DNA of 32,000 bases, from NCBI GenBank assembly GCA_000830275.1, contig CP010424.1:510001-542000 (forward strand), in the 5' to 3' direction. Shown here piece by piece: positions 31,962 through 32,000 of the stretch (position 1 is the first letter of the stretch; each line of letters begins with the position of its first letter). The position numbers were made by a program, and so were the translations under genes. The notes under the pieces were generated by a model. The model did not search any database. It saw nothing but the letters and a program-made list of their open reading frames with translations, and was not told the DNA's origin. The DNA comes from an archaeon GW2011_AR10. GTDB lineage: Archaea; Iainarchaeota; Iainarchaeia; Iainarchaeales; GW2011-AR10.

Positions 31962-32000
31962 ATGGTAAAGCAAGCATTCATTCTCGCAGGCGGTAAAGGG
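31962..32000 (+). CDS. Start of a sugar-phosphate nucleotidyltransferase-like gene (13 codons only)
   Basis: ATG at 31962. MVKQAFILAGGKG matches the N-terminal LAGGxGTRL signature. Truncated by the window edge. Confidence 0.3.
   Translation, partial: MVKQAFILAGGKG

Noticed and set aside
1-32000. CRISPR arrays, tRNA/rRNA genes, transposases or IS termini
   Set aside because: I saw no regularly spaced direct repeats, no cloverleaf-like or rRNA-like conserved stretches in the few intergenic regions, and no transposase or integrase motifs in any frame. A tRNAscan or Infernal run would be needed to exclude small RNAs formally.

Overview
The window is about 90% coding and looks like a chromosomal fragment from an uncultivated archaeon. 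That origin is an inference from four observations: A/T-rich TATA-like boxes about 25-30 nt upstream of several start codons, GGTGA/GAGGTG-type ribosome-binding motifs, a LAGLIDADG intein in UDP-glucose dehydrogenase, and archaeal-style RelE, VapBC and HicB cassettes. A DPANN-like lineage is plausible but unproven.

The window is dominated by a large cell-surface glycan locus:
- A deoxysugar operon (2.4-10.0 kb) encodes a His-for-Lys E1/ColD-type sugar 3-dehydratase, an NDP-hexose C-methyltransferase, three short-chain dehydrogenase/reductase (SDR) enzymes, a nucleotide-sugar dehydrogenase and a UPF0104 flippase-like membrane protein.
- Three small GT2 enzymes of the polyprenyl-phosphate-sugar synthase type lie beside three large GT-C-type membrane transferases (10.1-17.7 kb).
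- A GDP-glycero-manno-heptose gene set (gmhA, hddA, hddC) is split by a small toxin-antitoxin insertion (orphan HicB plus a RelE/antitoxin pair).
- A UDP-glucuronate/UDP-xylose operon has a UDP-glucose dehydrogenase interrupted, exactly at its catalytic cysteine, by a 461-aa LAGLIDADG intein.

The last 4 kb is accessory-looking. It holds a strongly AT-rich islet with a TacT-like GNAT acetyltransferase and small ORFs, a 202-aa unknown protein, a Cys-motif lipoprotein and a vapBC module.

I recognised no rRNA, tRNA, CRISPR array or transposase. Most plus/minus shadow ORFs in the track are antisense artefacts of the genes listed. All functional calls come from motif recognition by eye, with no database search.
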